Source: Hamiltosporidium tvaerminnensis FI-OER-3-3
Taxonomy: Eukaryota > Fungi > Microsporidia
Assembly: GCA_022605425.2 (NCBI GenBank)
Contig: CM061251.1
Span: forward strand, 868,001 to 932,000
Reading direction: 5' to 3'
DNA length: 64,000 nt
Shown: positions 37,900-52,949 of the stretch, one piece after another
How positions within the stretch are numbered: the stretch's first letter is position 1
Layout of the letters: the number at the start of each line of letters is the position of its first letter
Program-made: the position numbers and the translations under genes
The notes under the pieces: generated by a model
Database searches by the model: none
What the model saw: only the letters and a program-made list of their open reading frames with translations
Told to the model about the DNA's origin: nothing

Positions 37900-39700
37900 T
37901 ATAAAAATTTTACTAGGTTCTCGTAAATAAGTTAGGGAAGAAAGTAACAACTCTTGGCTAGGTAGCTGAGGTTAAGGAAAGTACTTCTTTTTTTATAAAT
38001 AGGTGCATGAAACAAATTTTCTTTTTTTTGAGTAGAGAAAATATTTTTTATTAAATTTTCTACATCTTTACTTCAAACATTTTTGCAAGATAGGCCAGGG
38101 AAATGAGAAGTATAGAAAGAAAAAGAAATGTTAGGGAAAAGAACAAATAGTAAATAAGGAAAAGCAAATTAGGGAACAGAAAATTGCGTTATGGAAAGAA
38201 GAATCAAAGGAAGAAATTAATCACCCACTTAAAAAGAGTTAGTAAGGAGTAAAATTAGTAGTTAGGGAATAAAAAGAAGTACATATAGGAAGAAAGAAAA
38301 TGTGGGAAAAAGAAATTTAAGGAAGAAAAGAACTATCTATGGAAGAAATTATATTGAACAAAAAAAATAATTGGATAGGGAAAATGAAAACTGTTTGAGA
38401 AAATATTTTTTTATAAAAAAGAAAATTGGTGAGTGTAATTCGTGTAGGTGAAGAAAGATTAGCATAGGACAAAACATCTAATAAAGAAAGAAAAAAATAG
38501 TTCAGTTTAGCAGAAATTTCCAGAGAAAAAATAATTGGGTAAAAAAAGAAGGTAGGGAAAAGAAAATTGGGATAGGGAAAATAAAGGATTATGGTAGGGT
38601 GGAAAAAGGGTATGTGAGAAAATAATATGTTAGGAAAAAAGATTATAAAGTAACAAAAAAAAGGCAGGGAAGAATAAATTAGTAAAGGCTGTGAAGAATT
38701 GGTTAGGAAATTTAAATAAAAAATAGATAAAAATATTAGTTAAGGAAAAGTAATATTCTGAAAAAATAAAAGTTAGGGAAAAAAGATTAAGTAAGTAATA
38801 AAGATTGTACTGGGAAGTAAGAAAGTTAGGGAAAATAATTTAATTTACACAATTACAATAATCTTTTAAAATAAGTATTCTAGTAAGAAGATATAGGGTA
38901 AGGGAAACTGAATTAATTTTTTAGGGAAAAAATATAAGATAGATCGGGAAACAAGTTTTAACATTTACACAATAACAATTTTAAGCAATAAATCTGTATA
39001 ATCAAAAACTAAAAAACATTGTTTAGAAATTAGTTAAGCTTTCTTTTCTCTCATATTTTGTTTAGGGAAATTCTTAGGTATAATTAAAAATTGCTTTCTT
39101 TTATAATTACTATTCAGTTGCTATATTTTTTTTTTCAAATTTTGTTTAAGGAAATAATCTTTTTTATGAATTATGTTTTTATGATTTAAATGCTTTGGTA
39201 CTAATATTATATGATAAAGGTTTTGGCAAAAGGTAAATTCACTATCGTGATTTAAAATTTATTTTAGAAATGTAGTAAGGAGTAAATCTTATTTTCCTAA
39301 CATGATTTGGCGAAGAGAATATCACCATAGAAATAAAGATATAGCGAAAAAAATTCTATAGAGGAATTAGAGTAGTGCTGAAATAGGAAAAAGAGTTAGA
39401 CAAAGATTTATAGCAAATTAGAGAGTATTTTAAGAGATAAAAACTTAAGTATAAATATAGTAGTAGAAAAATATAAGAAAAAAATTCGGGCTTTAATTAA
39501 AGGAATCTATAGAACTATAGAGAAGTAATGCTAATAAAGATATAAAACAATGATCGAAGAAAAGTAAGAAAGAAAGATGAGGAACTAGTAAATAAAGACT
39601 AGAGAAGAATTAAGATAAAAGAATAGGAAAGAAAAGAGAACAATAATTGTATAAAAATACATAGAACGAACACATTTATTTAAGAATAAATTCAAATACA
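37900..39700 (+). repeat. Purine-rich degenerate tract with many TTAGGGAAAA-like units
   Basis: Eight TTAGGG and at least 12 TAGGG between about 37930 and 39070, all on the + strand and usually followed by AAAA. Confidence 0.8.
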
Positions 39701-39729
39701 TATCAACATATCTAAAAAAATAATAAAAA

Positions 39730-41600
39730 AACAGGGTTTTGGATTATGACCAAATTAAAGCATTTAAAATAGTTGAATTACAATCGTAAGATACAGTAGA
39801 TGATAAATCAGTTTAATTGGTAATGTGACTTTAAAATTTATAAGAACGATTTTCGGAGTTTTTCTAATTGTGTAAGTATATGGCTTTAAAAACCTATTCT
39901 AGTTATATAGGTAAATTTGTCCAAGTTTCGGCACATTGACTTAAACTTCTTGTAAATATAATTGATTGTGCTGGTTGGTTATCACCGAGCATTACGGGGT
40001 TATTAAAATCACTTATTTAAAATTCTTCGACTGTTTTCTAATATCGAATGTGATTTAGAATGGCTATCCATTGAATCATATTTAGACCCATAACATAAAA
40101 CCCAAGTAAGTCTTTTCATAATCCAGCTAACTAGGATAGATACAAGGGCAGCAAATATAGCTCAAAATTTAAGAGAATTGCTATCAGTAAACGTGGGGCA
40201 GTTGTTTTATTTGGCTCATACCTCAGTACAGTCAAAGCTCAGGTAGTTCAAAAGATGAAAGTTTTTTCTATAGAGCATCAAATATTCTAAAGGTATTCTT
40301 TAAGGTAAGCCTTAGAAGATGCCACAAAAGGAAAAACCTTTGGATATTTATACTTGTAAACTTCGCTAAAACTAATCTCATTTAAACACGTATTTAAATT
40401 AAATTAGTTCAATATTAGAAAAGCTATTCTTTAAACGATTCCTATCTAATCATAATTTGATTTATCCCTAACCCAATTGATACTTACATCATTTACAACT
40501 TACCCTTCGAAACTATTTTAATCTTTAAGAAAACATATTTAAATAATGTTCTTTACTTCTCTTAAATCATCCTAGATGTTTTAAAAGTATATCCCTGTAT
40601 TTATAATTATTTTCATATTTTTTTTTTGCATTAACCGAATCTGAATATTGCATAAATTTAAATTTAAATTTAAATAAAAAATAAATTACAAAATAAATTA
40701 TAAAAATAGCTGTAAAATAAATTAATTTCAAACCATGTATTATCTAAAATAAATTTATTGTTTAAAACGTATAGATATGGATTTAAAATAATTCCTACAT
40801 GTAATCTTATATATTATTATTTACTAATTTAAAAAAAAAATTCTAATTTTTATTTGTCACATTCAAGATGCATATCCTTAGACTACAATTTTATTTTCAA
40901 CAAAAGTGGTAAAAACAGGAATGCTTCTATAAGCAAATATGTATCACTTAAATTTTTTATTCTTTATTATAACTTTGTGTATATGAGAAAATTTTCAGAC
41001 AATTCTCTATTTTCTTTTAATTAAATCAAAATAACATAGTATTGTAACAAAAAGAAGCATACGAAGTTACGAGTGTGGAATTTCTTAAATTTAACTTATA
41101 TTAAGAATAAAATATATATGTAAACGCGTATTTGCCAAAGCAGCTAGTATTTTTTTTTACAAAATATATATAATATGTATAATATTCTAAGAAAACCAGT
41201 GAATAGTACATAAGATAATTATTGTAGAGAATTTTATTGAGTACAACCCAAATTACTTAATCTTTTGAATAATTCAAAACAGGGATTAAGATTTCTATAA
41301 TACATTTTTAGTACAGATTTTTTATTAGTTATACAAAATTATATATTTTAAACTAATACAATATTTTAGTAAATTTAATGTATGTATAGTTTGATCTTCT
41401 TGTTTCTTTAGGTCGTAAAACTGATGACAACTTTCTTCAAATAAACCAATTACAAATATCTTTGTAGAAACTATATGTAAATAATATAATTGTAAAATAA
41501 CTGTTAAAAACCCAACAAATATGTATAATTTGAAATAAAAATCACATTACTTTTAATTGTGATTTTAATCTCTAGATTTTTGAATATTATAACGGTTTAA
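39730..41600 (-). mobile_element. U element copy U5 (more diverged; right boundary uncertain)
   Basis: TCACTTATTT...TCGACTGTTTT...ATCGAA (about 40008-40048) matches U1 at about 18976-19014. TAGAAGATGCCACAA (about 40313) matches about 19289. Stem-loop homolog at 39910-39940. Confidence 0.6.
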
Positions 41601-44600
41601 CTTTGATATTGAATGTTATATTTGTAATTTAACCTTTTCCCCCAAAATAAATTGTATTTGTGATTAATAAATAAAAACTAAACATAATAATTCATTAACC
41701 AACATATAAGATAGAACAAATATCTTTAATCTCAAATAAGATAAATATTTTTTTTTCTTTTAATACTTTTTATTTAAAACACTATGATAAAAATATATAT
41801 CAAAGTTATACATTCAAAGTGACCAAAAGACATTAAATTTATATATTTTAGAATCTAAAAACATTTTATAAAAGAATATATGCTTTAATTTTATGTATTA
41901 TAAAATTTTGATCTTAATCTGAATATAAAACATCAGTAAGAAATATAATAAGTGTAAAGAAATCCAAAAATCGTCAAACAAAATAATTATATTTTAAAGT
42001 AAAAAACCAGAATTGTTATAAAATCTTTATAAAGTAATCTATATTTCTGCAAAATTAGTTATGATGTACCAAATACCTTTCAAATATTCTATAAATCTTA
42101 GAAATTTTAATAAAACCTAAATGAATTATATAAATCTTGTAAAAATTAAAAAATTCAACAAAAATTAAAAATATCATGTGAGAATGAAAAGTCTTATAAA
42201 AATTATTATAAATCCAATAAAATTAATTATATAAGTTAAGACTCAATCAAATCTTATAAAACTTTAATATATCTAAGAAATGTAAATATTATTTAAAGTA
42301 TTTAAGCGTAATAGCAAATCTGATATTAAGAACAGTAACGCCTTTCAAAAAAGCCACTAAATGTAAAGCAAGATTAAAACTTTCCAAATCTATAAAATTT
42401 CACTCAAAAAATAATAAAAATGCAAGGTATAAAATTATGCTAAAAATAAAAATTAATTTAATCTATTCATAATCTTCTAAATACTATAGAAAAACTTAAC
42501 CATAAAAAACATTTTTTTTAAACCTTTTTACCACTTTCTAAAAATCTATAGGTTTGTAAAAAATATAAAATAATAAAAATGCTAAAAGAATATTTAAAGA
42601 CTTTTAAAATTTAGGATATTATAATTATATAGAAAACTCTAAAATTTAATCTATAAACGTTGTACACGGTAAAATTTATGTTAATTCATACATAAAAAGT
42701 TTTTACCGGTTTTAGTATAATGTGGTGCATCAAATTTTTGAAAAGTCCTTATAGAAAAGAACATAAAATATAGTAAAATATATTAAAGCGTTTAAACCAA
42801 ATTTAACAAGAACTTTATACAGTTTTCTTATTGTTATATAGGGTTAAATATATATACATTTGGTAGCAAAATAGAGTCAAAAAATACAGAATAGAACAAC
42901 CGTAACCATTTTGCATATTTTATACCGTTTTACGAAAACGTGTATTTCTAATTTGATAATATCTGTGAATAATTACAACTTTATATTTTCCACATATTAA
43001 TACATATTTTTTTATTTAAATGACCCTATCAGCTTTACTTTTACCTCAATTCAATTATTATCTTGTTATTTAATTTCAAAATTTATATATTGATTGATTT
43101 ATATGGCAATATTATCCTACAAATGACTACATAATATTATTTATCTTTTAAAATTTTTTTAGACCAAATTATTTTTTATAATAGGTCTTTACATGATTCT
43201 TTTAAATTATAAAATAAAAATAAAGTGGATTGTACCTAATATCTGTTCGACCGTTTTTACGATATATTCTTGATTTCTTAAATGTTTCCTATGTAAATGT
43301 GTTAACTAAAAAATTTAAGTAAAATAAATTATAGAAATTAGATGATTATAAAATAAAAAAGTAGTCCTTATTGAATTGTATGAATTTTTAAAAAAACACA
43401 CTTGTATCTATTGTAGTAGTTAAAAAATAAAATAAATATAACAAATTCTTTAATTCGGGTATTCACATACAATGCTTATATTAACTTTATTACACTACTT
43501 ATTTAAAATTGTTTTGATTGTACAACCACATGTACAAGTACATTATTTGTTTTTTTTTATTAGACAGAATCAGTATAATCTATTTTCTTTTAATTAAAAC
43601 GTTTTGTATTTCTTTAATAAAATACACGCTCAACTTTGCAATATTTAACAATATCATAAAAATTAATTATAAACATACGAAAGGCATTGATTATGTGTAA
43701 TGTGTATAAAAAACCACATTTTTAAAACTCTCAAGTTGGTTTCCTATTGAAACCTTACTAAAGTTCTACCTATGAAATTTGCTTCTATCAAACATACAAC
43801 TGGTTTTAAGTTATCATTCAAGCTATAAATTTTCTAAACGTACTTTAAAATGCGTATAGTTAAAAATAACCTAGAGATTAAATTTATACAGCCTTACATT
43901 ATTGAAACGAGCGCAGCGTCATAATATACTTTTCCTTTTTCATTTACATAAAAATACCACATCGAGGCCAAATTTGGTTTCTTTCTCATATCATTATCTG
44001 AATATTGTACATTACTTTTTTTTTCTAATAAAAATCTTACAAACACAACCATTAGCTAAAATATGCCCGGCTTTTAATATAAATAATGATTGAATCTCAA
44101 TATATGTACTTTTTTCGTTCATATCGCGTATTAATATGAATTAATCTATTGTAAAAATTATAATTTGTTTAAAAGTACTGTTTTTTTTTATGATTTATAC
44201 ACTTTATTACTTTCTGTATAATACAATTAATTTCGTTAAAACCATTTTTTTAAAATTATAGACTTTAAATATTCTTTATTAGTATCATAAACATATTTTT
44301 CAATTGAAAAGATCCAATATTCTTTTCTATATAAATTAAATGTGGTTTGAAGCATATTTACTAAACTACAAACTTTAATTGATTTATAAACAAACAGAAA
44401 TTAGTTAAGTTTGCTTTGTAACTAAAGCAATCTATTGTCATACATCACTTTCTCTAAACCTAGAGCTTATTAAAATACTGTTATCTAACTATTTTTAAAA
44501 TAGACACCATGTAAATTAATATTCAACAAGGAATACAGATCTTGCTTTATTTAATTTCCTAAAAATTACATTTATTAAAGTATTGCTCGAAAATAATAAT

Positions 44601-45849
44601 GATTAACAAATATATTTTAGTTATATAAGAATAAGTTTTTGTTTCAAATTACATTTTCGGCAATATAAATATAATAAGAATTATAAAAGTTCATAAGAAA
44701 TTTTTTTGAGTGGTTTATAAGCCAAAATACTATGAAGCATGGAGTTAATTATGATAAACCTGGTTCGATTGTATATCTGTTCTATTTTATATAACCGTCC
44801 TTAAAACAAAAGCATATTTTTATCATTTCCTGTAAGAATATGCAAAAACATTTCAAATTAAGTATATTAGTCAAGATTTTTTATAAACAAAGTTAGCTTT
44901 ACATCTCAATCACTTCAAAAGAAAACTGCTAAAAAAATATTTAAAAGAATATTTAAAAGAATATTTAATAATTAGATTGTAAAATTGTGCAATAAATTTC
45001 GATGGAATTAAAATTTTGACTCAAAAAGTTAAAAATATAAAGAAATCTTTAAAAAGATATGCAATATTATTTAAAAAATGTTAAAAGTCCTCACAACTTT
45101 TTATTTATTTATTTTACGTTTAAACAAACGAATGTAATTAGTTATAAACCGGTAAAATTGAATAGATTTATAAAAGGTAAATTTAGCTCTACTCCTAGAA
45201 ATATGAAAAGAATTTCCAAAAGTACTATATATTTGTAAAAAGATGTAACTAAATTAATAAAATTGATATAAATAGTTAAAAAGACATTAAACTTAATAAA
45301 TACAGACTATACTTCTAACTCTGGAATAAAAAGTCTATTATATAAAAAAAAATGCCACTTTTTTTATAATAATGCAAAGAAACATTAGAAGATATTAACC
45401 TATACAAATTACAAAGAAAATAATTTAGTGACCATTGTTAAAAGGAGCAAATAAAATTTAATCCACATAAATATCTAAATACTAAAAAAAACCATTGATT
45501 TAATACAATGGTATGCCTTCTAAATATTTTTGGTAGAAATCCAACGAATAACATTTCTAAATTTTAAACAAAAATTAAATTGAGAGTTGCTTCATAACCT
45601 TACGTAAAAATAAAATAGATATAAAATATATATTATAGGCAGAAAAATATCTAAAAAAAATCCAATTAAACAAAACGTGCAATTTAAAACTAAAAATTTT
45701 ATAAGTTTGCAAGAATGTGTTTAAAATTATAATTTAGATAAAACTGGAATTAAAATAAAAAAAATAGGAATAGAAAAGAACAAAAAAATCAGTTTATTTC
45801 AAACTTAATATAATTGCTTAATAAAAAAATACAATTACATTGAAAATGT

Positions 45850-48800
45850 ACGTATGTCCAAGACCTAATACTACATAAGAGGCTTATTTCTTTTTTTTTC
45901 GAAAAAATCTTTTATTGCTTGTACGATATTAAATTTTTCTTGCTTTAAAAAAATTAAAATTCTTTGGAAGTCTTTAAAACCAATCAAATCAAAATCATAA
46001 TATTTTAACAGTGTAAGATCCTTCCAAAATTTTTCTATTCTTATTAAGGCATTCATTTTTAATTATTTTAAAATTTTAATTGAACTAACGCTATCTTCAA
46101 ATACATATTAGACACATATATCTTTTATAAACTTAAAAATCTTTGTATTGTTTCTTATAACTTCATACTACAAACGTGTTTCTTTGTTTTCAGGAATTCT
46201 GAAAACGAGAGCAAATGTAAGTCAGATTAACCTTTGTTGTATTGTTTCAATCGGAAACAGGCATATATTTAGGTACTAGATGTTTTCCTAATTACCGAGA
46301 AAAAATACACCAAAGCCCCTTTAAATTCTTCTGTTATTAAGACGAAAGCACTATTTGCTGCTAGTAAATGAACATAAAATCAAATTTCGGTAGATCAGCA
46401 TAAGATAACCCTTAAAGAGCATTGCAAAAAACAGAGGGTTATCTTTTTCAAATTTTTGCTAAAGGCTGATCCTCAGAAATAGCTGACCTCAGAGCGTGTT
46501 TTATAAGTTCCTTAAACGAACACCTTGTATAAACACATTTTAAATTTAAGAAAAAGCCACGATATTGATAAAACCTTGTTTTACTAGTCCTATATCAATT
46601 ATTCTGATGCTAATCTTTGATTTTTGCCTTATAAACAGTCCCTTTGTTTCTTTTAGCCGATATTTGTTATCATGTGAATGTTTTTGGATGTATTATATTA
46701 GTTTAGAAATCTGTTTTGATATTAAAACATATATAAATATTTCTTCAGCATATATAAAAATGCTTTTTTTCTTTAATGAAGGGATATATAAAATAATGTG
46801 ATCGAAAAACCTTAAAAAGATCAGATAATATGACAATCCTTCGTAGCGATCCCCTAGAACCTAGCGTGAATTCTATTAACAAGTCCCCTCTACTGTAATA
46901 TACATAGAGTTTTGAACGAGTTCTGCAATAAGAAAAACATGATCTTTTTAAAATTTTATGAGTTCAATAATTTCTTGTATACTTCTTCTCATAACTCGGT
47001 ATCACTCGCTGATTTTATATTATTCGAAAACAGATTGAGCTTCCCTCACCCTTAACGCAAAAAATAATCTACACATATTGCATTATTCAGTGTCAACGCT
47101 TTTTCTTGAAAACCTGTTTGAAGATTGCGATAAACAATTAAAATTTTCTTTTTATGATCCTTCAGAATACTTTAATTTTTTTACATCAACGCGAACGGCC
47201 CATAGGCCTCATTTCCTTTCTTATCAATTCATTTTTATGTATTTTCCACGCCGTAGGCACGTTAGGTCAAAACAATCGTACTAATTACGTTGTTCGGATG
47301 TTTAAGAAAATTTCTAGGCATGGTTTTAGGCTTTCATTATTTATTCCACTCTATTCGCTTAAGTTTCTACATTGTAAAAGAGTTATATCATGTACCATAT
47401 CTGCGAAAGTAATTACATCTATTTTATCAGCTCTTTGTTGCAGTTATCACCATGAACGTTTCTAGACATTTCACATATTATATCTTATATTCTTACTAAT
47501 GAGATGTCTCTGCGTTTTCGAAGTTGGATCGTAGCAAATCTATTGCTCTTTATAACCTAGACTTTTAGAAATGGTATAACTTACAATTTTTAAAATTTCA
47601 CCTAGATTTAAGTTAACATAAGTTTTTTTCTGATTGCCTCAACTAATTTTCTGTATATTTCTGCTTTGGGCTTGTACTTATCATAATATATTTTTAAATA
47701 ATACGTCATTTTTTTTTCTTGCGAGCTGTTTTTCTTCTTCGCTATAAATGTGACAAATCCAGCTCATGACACACCTTTGCGTTCTTTCCCGTATTTACCG
47801 TATTCTTGATGTTCTGAATAATATTTTAAGTAAAACATTAAGCTTTCTCATAAGCAGATTATTCAAATAAACTTTCATTCCTTTCTTTTAAAAACAGAAT
47901 CCTAGGTATTATCTTTAAACGAATGGCAGTAATTTTTAAGATATAATTATTACACAAATTTAGTATTTATTTTCTGCCTGTTAAATAATAATTTAAATCA
48001 TTTTGTGATTTATGTTTTTAATCCCTAAGACTTCTGCTTATAGGCGAATTCGACAAAACCTTATCTATCTTGAAAATTAGTTTCCATGTTATATGCAAAA
48101 GAATATATTTTTTGTTTTAAATCTACCCAGTGCAATGTTTCTGTTCAATATTTGTTGTTCCTACCACGTAGCTGGTTCCGAATTATAGCCACTGACACCA
48201 AAATATTAACTTTTATAAATTTAAGCGAAAAAGAGATGATTATTTTTGACGAATTACTAGATGGAGACTTGCAAATAAAATATATAAAAGTATAACACAG
48301 CTTTATACGACTCGAAAATCAATAATCGATGGTATTATGGGTAGTAAAATAAATTACGAGCCAATGCTAGCATTTCTTTTATTTGAGTATATTTTTGGAT
48401 ATTTTTAAAATTAGGATAGCAGATATTTTATATTTTGAATCTAATTTTTCAATATCATCTCGCCACGTTTCAGCCAAAGCAAAAATACTTAATTAATTCT
48501 TCTCTAAAAGTTGATTTTTTGCACCTATTTTGTTCTCGGAAAAACCTTCTAGGTTATGAAAGCCAATATTATATAACTTCAATGTTTTTATTTTCATCGG
48601 GGAAAAGTTTCTTGTCTGAGCCAATACCTTTTACCCCCTTTATTTGCTCCAAAAAGAAACTCGGATAATTCTTTCCTATTTACATTATTCAATTGACCTG
48701 CAAATCTTTTAATTCTCGCCTTTGTGTTATGCTTTCTTTAATAAGTGCGTTTCATTCTCTCTTTAAGTTAGATATGAATAAAATGCTTTTGTTCATCTAT

Positions 48801-49400
48801 TTCACGACAGTCTTTAAGACCTTTTGCAGTCAATATTTCAAATGAATGTATAACATCATCTTTACATTTGTCTATACATATGAATTCTAACGTATCTTAA
48901 CTTGAAAAGTAAAAGTTTATGATAAATCTCGCCTATTCTCATTTATAGCCGTCAGAGCGAGTTTGTATGAACGTGTTCTTTTTCTTTTAATTCCTTTAAA
49001 ATATGAAAAAAAGTATTTTTTTATAGGGAACGGGGATTCTCCGGCTATAACTTTATCCATATGATCCTTGGATACCTTTAAAACCGTCTTGCTATTTGCA
49101 TTATTTGCATCAGCCTCATTAATTGTTCTAAATGAATTTCCGTGTTTTGTTTTCAATCCCAACCATATTTTCCGTTGCAATCCGTTCCTTCGGCCGTTCT
49201 TTTATATTAATCAAGGTGGTAGAAAAGTTTCAACTATTTTTAGGCATAAAACGCTAAAAGTTGTTGCGAAAGGACATGAACGTTAGTGGTTGTCTTTGTA
49301 CATTTATTACGATTATTTAACAAAGAACAATTTGGAAAATTTAATTTTAATTAATTAGAATCTTTTTTTCCCAATTCGCAATTGAAATATTTGGTGTTCG
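45850..49400 (-). mobile_element. LINE copy E: near full-length, heavily decayed
   Basis: Minus-strand remnants NIGFHNLEG and FALAETWRDD (about 48455-48570), YAEE at the YADD position (about 46741-46752) and LFPIETIQQRL (about 46228-46260). ORF1-like 48917-49180. Confidence 0.8.
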
Positions 49401-52400
49401 ATCCCCCCAATTACATATTTATCTTAGAGATCTTTGATTTCTTAGTATATTATGAACTCTTTGTGTATTTCCTATTTAGTTTAAGTCGCACTTTATTTAA
49501 GGGTTTTTTTAGCTACTTTTTGATTGGCTGATTGAAATGCATGTTTTCAAAATTTTTACATTGAATATTCATGTCAATAAAACAATCTGGATTCACAAAA
49601 CACAATTTAATTTCCTATCTAAAATATTTATTGAATATAATCAGACAAACAGTATTTAAAATCTTATTGAATTAATATTACCATCAAGAAATTTAGATAA
49701 TAAATTATTCAATAGTCATTTTTTTATAAATAAATTTATTATTCAATGAAAAATAATGTATATCCTAATATAGACTAATCAACTTATTGTTTTGATTTAA
49801 TTATACTAAAAAAACTATTCCATAAAAAAAGAATATAAAGCATTACACATCAATTAGATCTATTATAACGCGAATCTATTTGATTTGTATTCGATTAAAT
49901 TCATTTCATGGCATAATATTTCTAATAATGTATAAGGTCTGTCTTTTAAAAGAAAAACCATTATAATATAAAGAATAGACATATAAGCTACAGGAATACC
50001 CAAAATAAATCTTGAGAGTCATGCAAGTAAGAAATTTAATATTTTTTATTTAATTATACATGAATAATTGGTTATAGCATTCATTATGCATGAATTTTTT
50101 TCAAAATACATTTATTTTATAGCAATAAGTTAACTTTAAAATTTACAACTTTACAAAAAAATTTAATATGCTTGATTTAAACAATCCACACATCTAAAAA
50201 TTATACCAGTTCTCTATTATAAGGTTATAATAGTTTTTTTGTCTCTGAAAGTCTTCTATTATAAAACGTTTCATATTGTATTCTCATAACCTGCGTTTTT
50301 AATCACATGAACCTTTCATTGTATAAAGAATAGCTTGATAAGGAAATACAATAAATTATGATAAACCAAAAATATGTAAAACTAAATGCTAACTCAAAAA
50401 TGTTGTAAAATCACATAACTAAAATACAAATTTGTTCCTAGTCATCTAAATAGCCCTACTTATAACTATTTTAGCTGCGATTTTATATGTAAAGGTTTAC
50501 AGGGGTTTAATATCTATACGAACAATCCATGTCTATACAAAAAAAATTTAGTTAGAATTTTAAGTTCTGCGAAAAGGTCTAGATTTGCTTTTATCATGTA
50601 TTTATGTTCATTCATAGGTTCCTACGCGTAACAATTTTGATATAAACTTAAAATTATAAATGAAAGGTTTGAAAAATTTGAAATAAAACTAGCATATTTC
50701 TATCAATAGAAAATTAAAGACAAAATAAAATAAAATAAAAAAAATTGATAGAACGATAATGTATTTATAATATCATAGTATTTCTGCCTAAAATTGATTA
50801 AATTAAATCCGAACATTGGCAACGATCTAAATTGCATATAAGAGATACTAAAATCACTATTAAGATTATTTAATTTGTTCCTTTTTTAAGTAGAATAATT
50901 ACAACAAAACACGAATTGACTTTACGCTTGTAAAAAATTTCAACAGTATGCTTTATGACTTTGAATATATTATAAAAAGAAACTTCGCACTAATTGATTG
51001 AGTTATAATCTAAAAGCTTTTCATTAAAGTTGCAAAGTCGATTTAATTCATACTTTTCTTAGCGAATCAGATATTACGCGCATGTTTAACCTTTTACACA
51101 CAGTAGAATGGGCTGGTGAAAAATTTTAACCTATTATAAAGAAACATAACAACTCATCTGTGCAATTTAAAGATTTTAAAGTTAGACTTTGTAAAATCAC
51201 TTTGCTAAATCATCTTCTCTGGACTCATTTTTGAAAACCACGGATATATCCTATATAAGAAGAAAAACTCATTTATAATTTATAAAATAAAACGACCTGC
51301 GTTACTAACCACGGTACGAAAATTGCAAAAATTAACAAATGAACTTAATTGCCAAGCTTTAGATCAATTTAAAGCGAATTGTAATAATCAATAAAAAGCC
51401 TTATGTAAGTTATACAAATAAAAACAAATAGAGAAAACAAGAAAATAAAGAAAAAATATAACATCACATAAAAATTTATTTTAATGATTCAATGCATCAT
51501 TCCTTCTGTTTATTTAACAAATTTCTCATATTATAAACAGTTTATCACACCTTACTGTTCGCTCATTAGCGATTGTTTCTTGAAAATACAAATTAGCAGC
51601 AACATCAAAGAAATTTAGAAAAATATCTATCTATGTTTAAAGAAATTCGTTTAGCTCTTATTCAAGCAGCATAGCAATATTTCTGTATACATACTTCAGC
51701 CTTTCCATAGAATGCAAAAGAAATTAGAGAATCTTCAACTTCATAGACACAACAAATTATATTCGTATTTGCTCGAATTTAAAGCCAACCTATTTCTAAT
51801 GATACAAATGCCTTTTCAATAAAAAATTTCATATTCATCTAGCATATTTTCTCATTCAGATTTCAAATGTTTTCTAAAATTTGTGTAGGAATAGGAATTT
51901 TACATCTTCTAGTATAACAAGTAAGCAACAATATTCTTAAGCTGTTATGTTGCCGATTCCCTTTCTTCTATTTTTCAAATCTTTTAAATTCTAGGATACG
52001 AATATTATTTTTAAAAAATTTGTTTTTATAAGGAACTCTTTAGGTGGAAATATATTTCTATTATATTGGTTATTGGTTTTAGAAATTTTGAAATTACATT
52101 TTATTAAATTAAAAAAAAATAAAAAAAAAATCTTTAAAAGAAATGTAAAATAATTTCAACAGATAAAAAATAATTTAAAATGAACGCTTTAATACTAAAA
52201 ATTTTATATATTTAATAAATTAATTTATTCAAAACACAAATATTTTAATCTTTTTGTAGTTGACATATTTGAAAAAAATAAATTATTTTTGCTTTATAGA
52301 AGAATCTTCAGTTTAATAATTAAAAAACAAAAATTCATTGTTTTACTACAATATTCCTAATAAAATAAAAAAAATAAAAGATTAAAAGAATATTTAAAGA

Positions 52401-52949
52401 GGACTATGATGATTTCCTACTTTGGTTTCCAGTTATTTCTTATAACAATCACATGGAAGTAGTTTACGCATGATAATTTATGCAAAATATACTGAATATT
52501 TTACGCCATTACAAATCCGAATCAAATAATAATTATTCTAAAATTTGTACTAAGATTCAGTTAAAATAGTAAATTTTGTCACAAAATCCATCTAGAAAAT
52601 TTCTAAATCTCACAGTATTCTTATATATTTTTTCAGTATCATTAATTTAAATCAATTTATATTTTTTTAGAAACTAATCGTTATAAAAAATTCATTAATT
52701 TTTAAACAATTAAACGTATTATGAATCTGTTTATTAACACCGTATATTGATATTTCTGTTTTCGTATTAGTCTACACAGTACTACATTTTATCGTAAAGC
52801 TTTGCATAGAATTACTAGGGTATAAATATCAATGGTAAAAAAATTTATTAATTTGTAATAGGAGAAGTAATAAATATATTCACCTGCTATACTCTAACAT
52901 TGTTTTTATATGTAAAAATTAATTTAGTTAATTTATATTATTCCTTAAT

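Noticed and set aside
44936-44968. 12-bp tandem AATATTTAAAAG (about 2.7 copies); also an 8-bp AAATTTGA triplet near 12703
   Set aside because: Ordinary slippage duplications in AT-rich DNA.
46565-49286. Plus-strand ORFs within LINE E
   Set aside because: Antisense to recognisable decayed APE and RT motifs.
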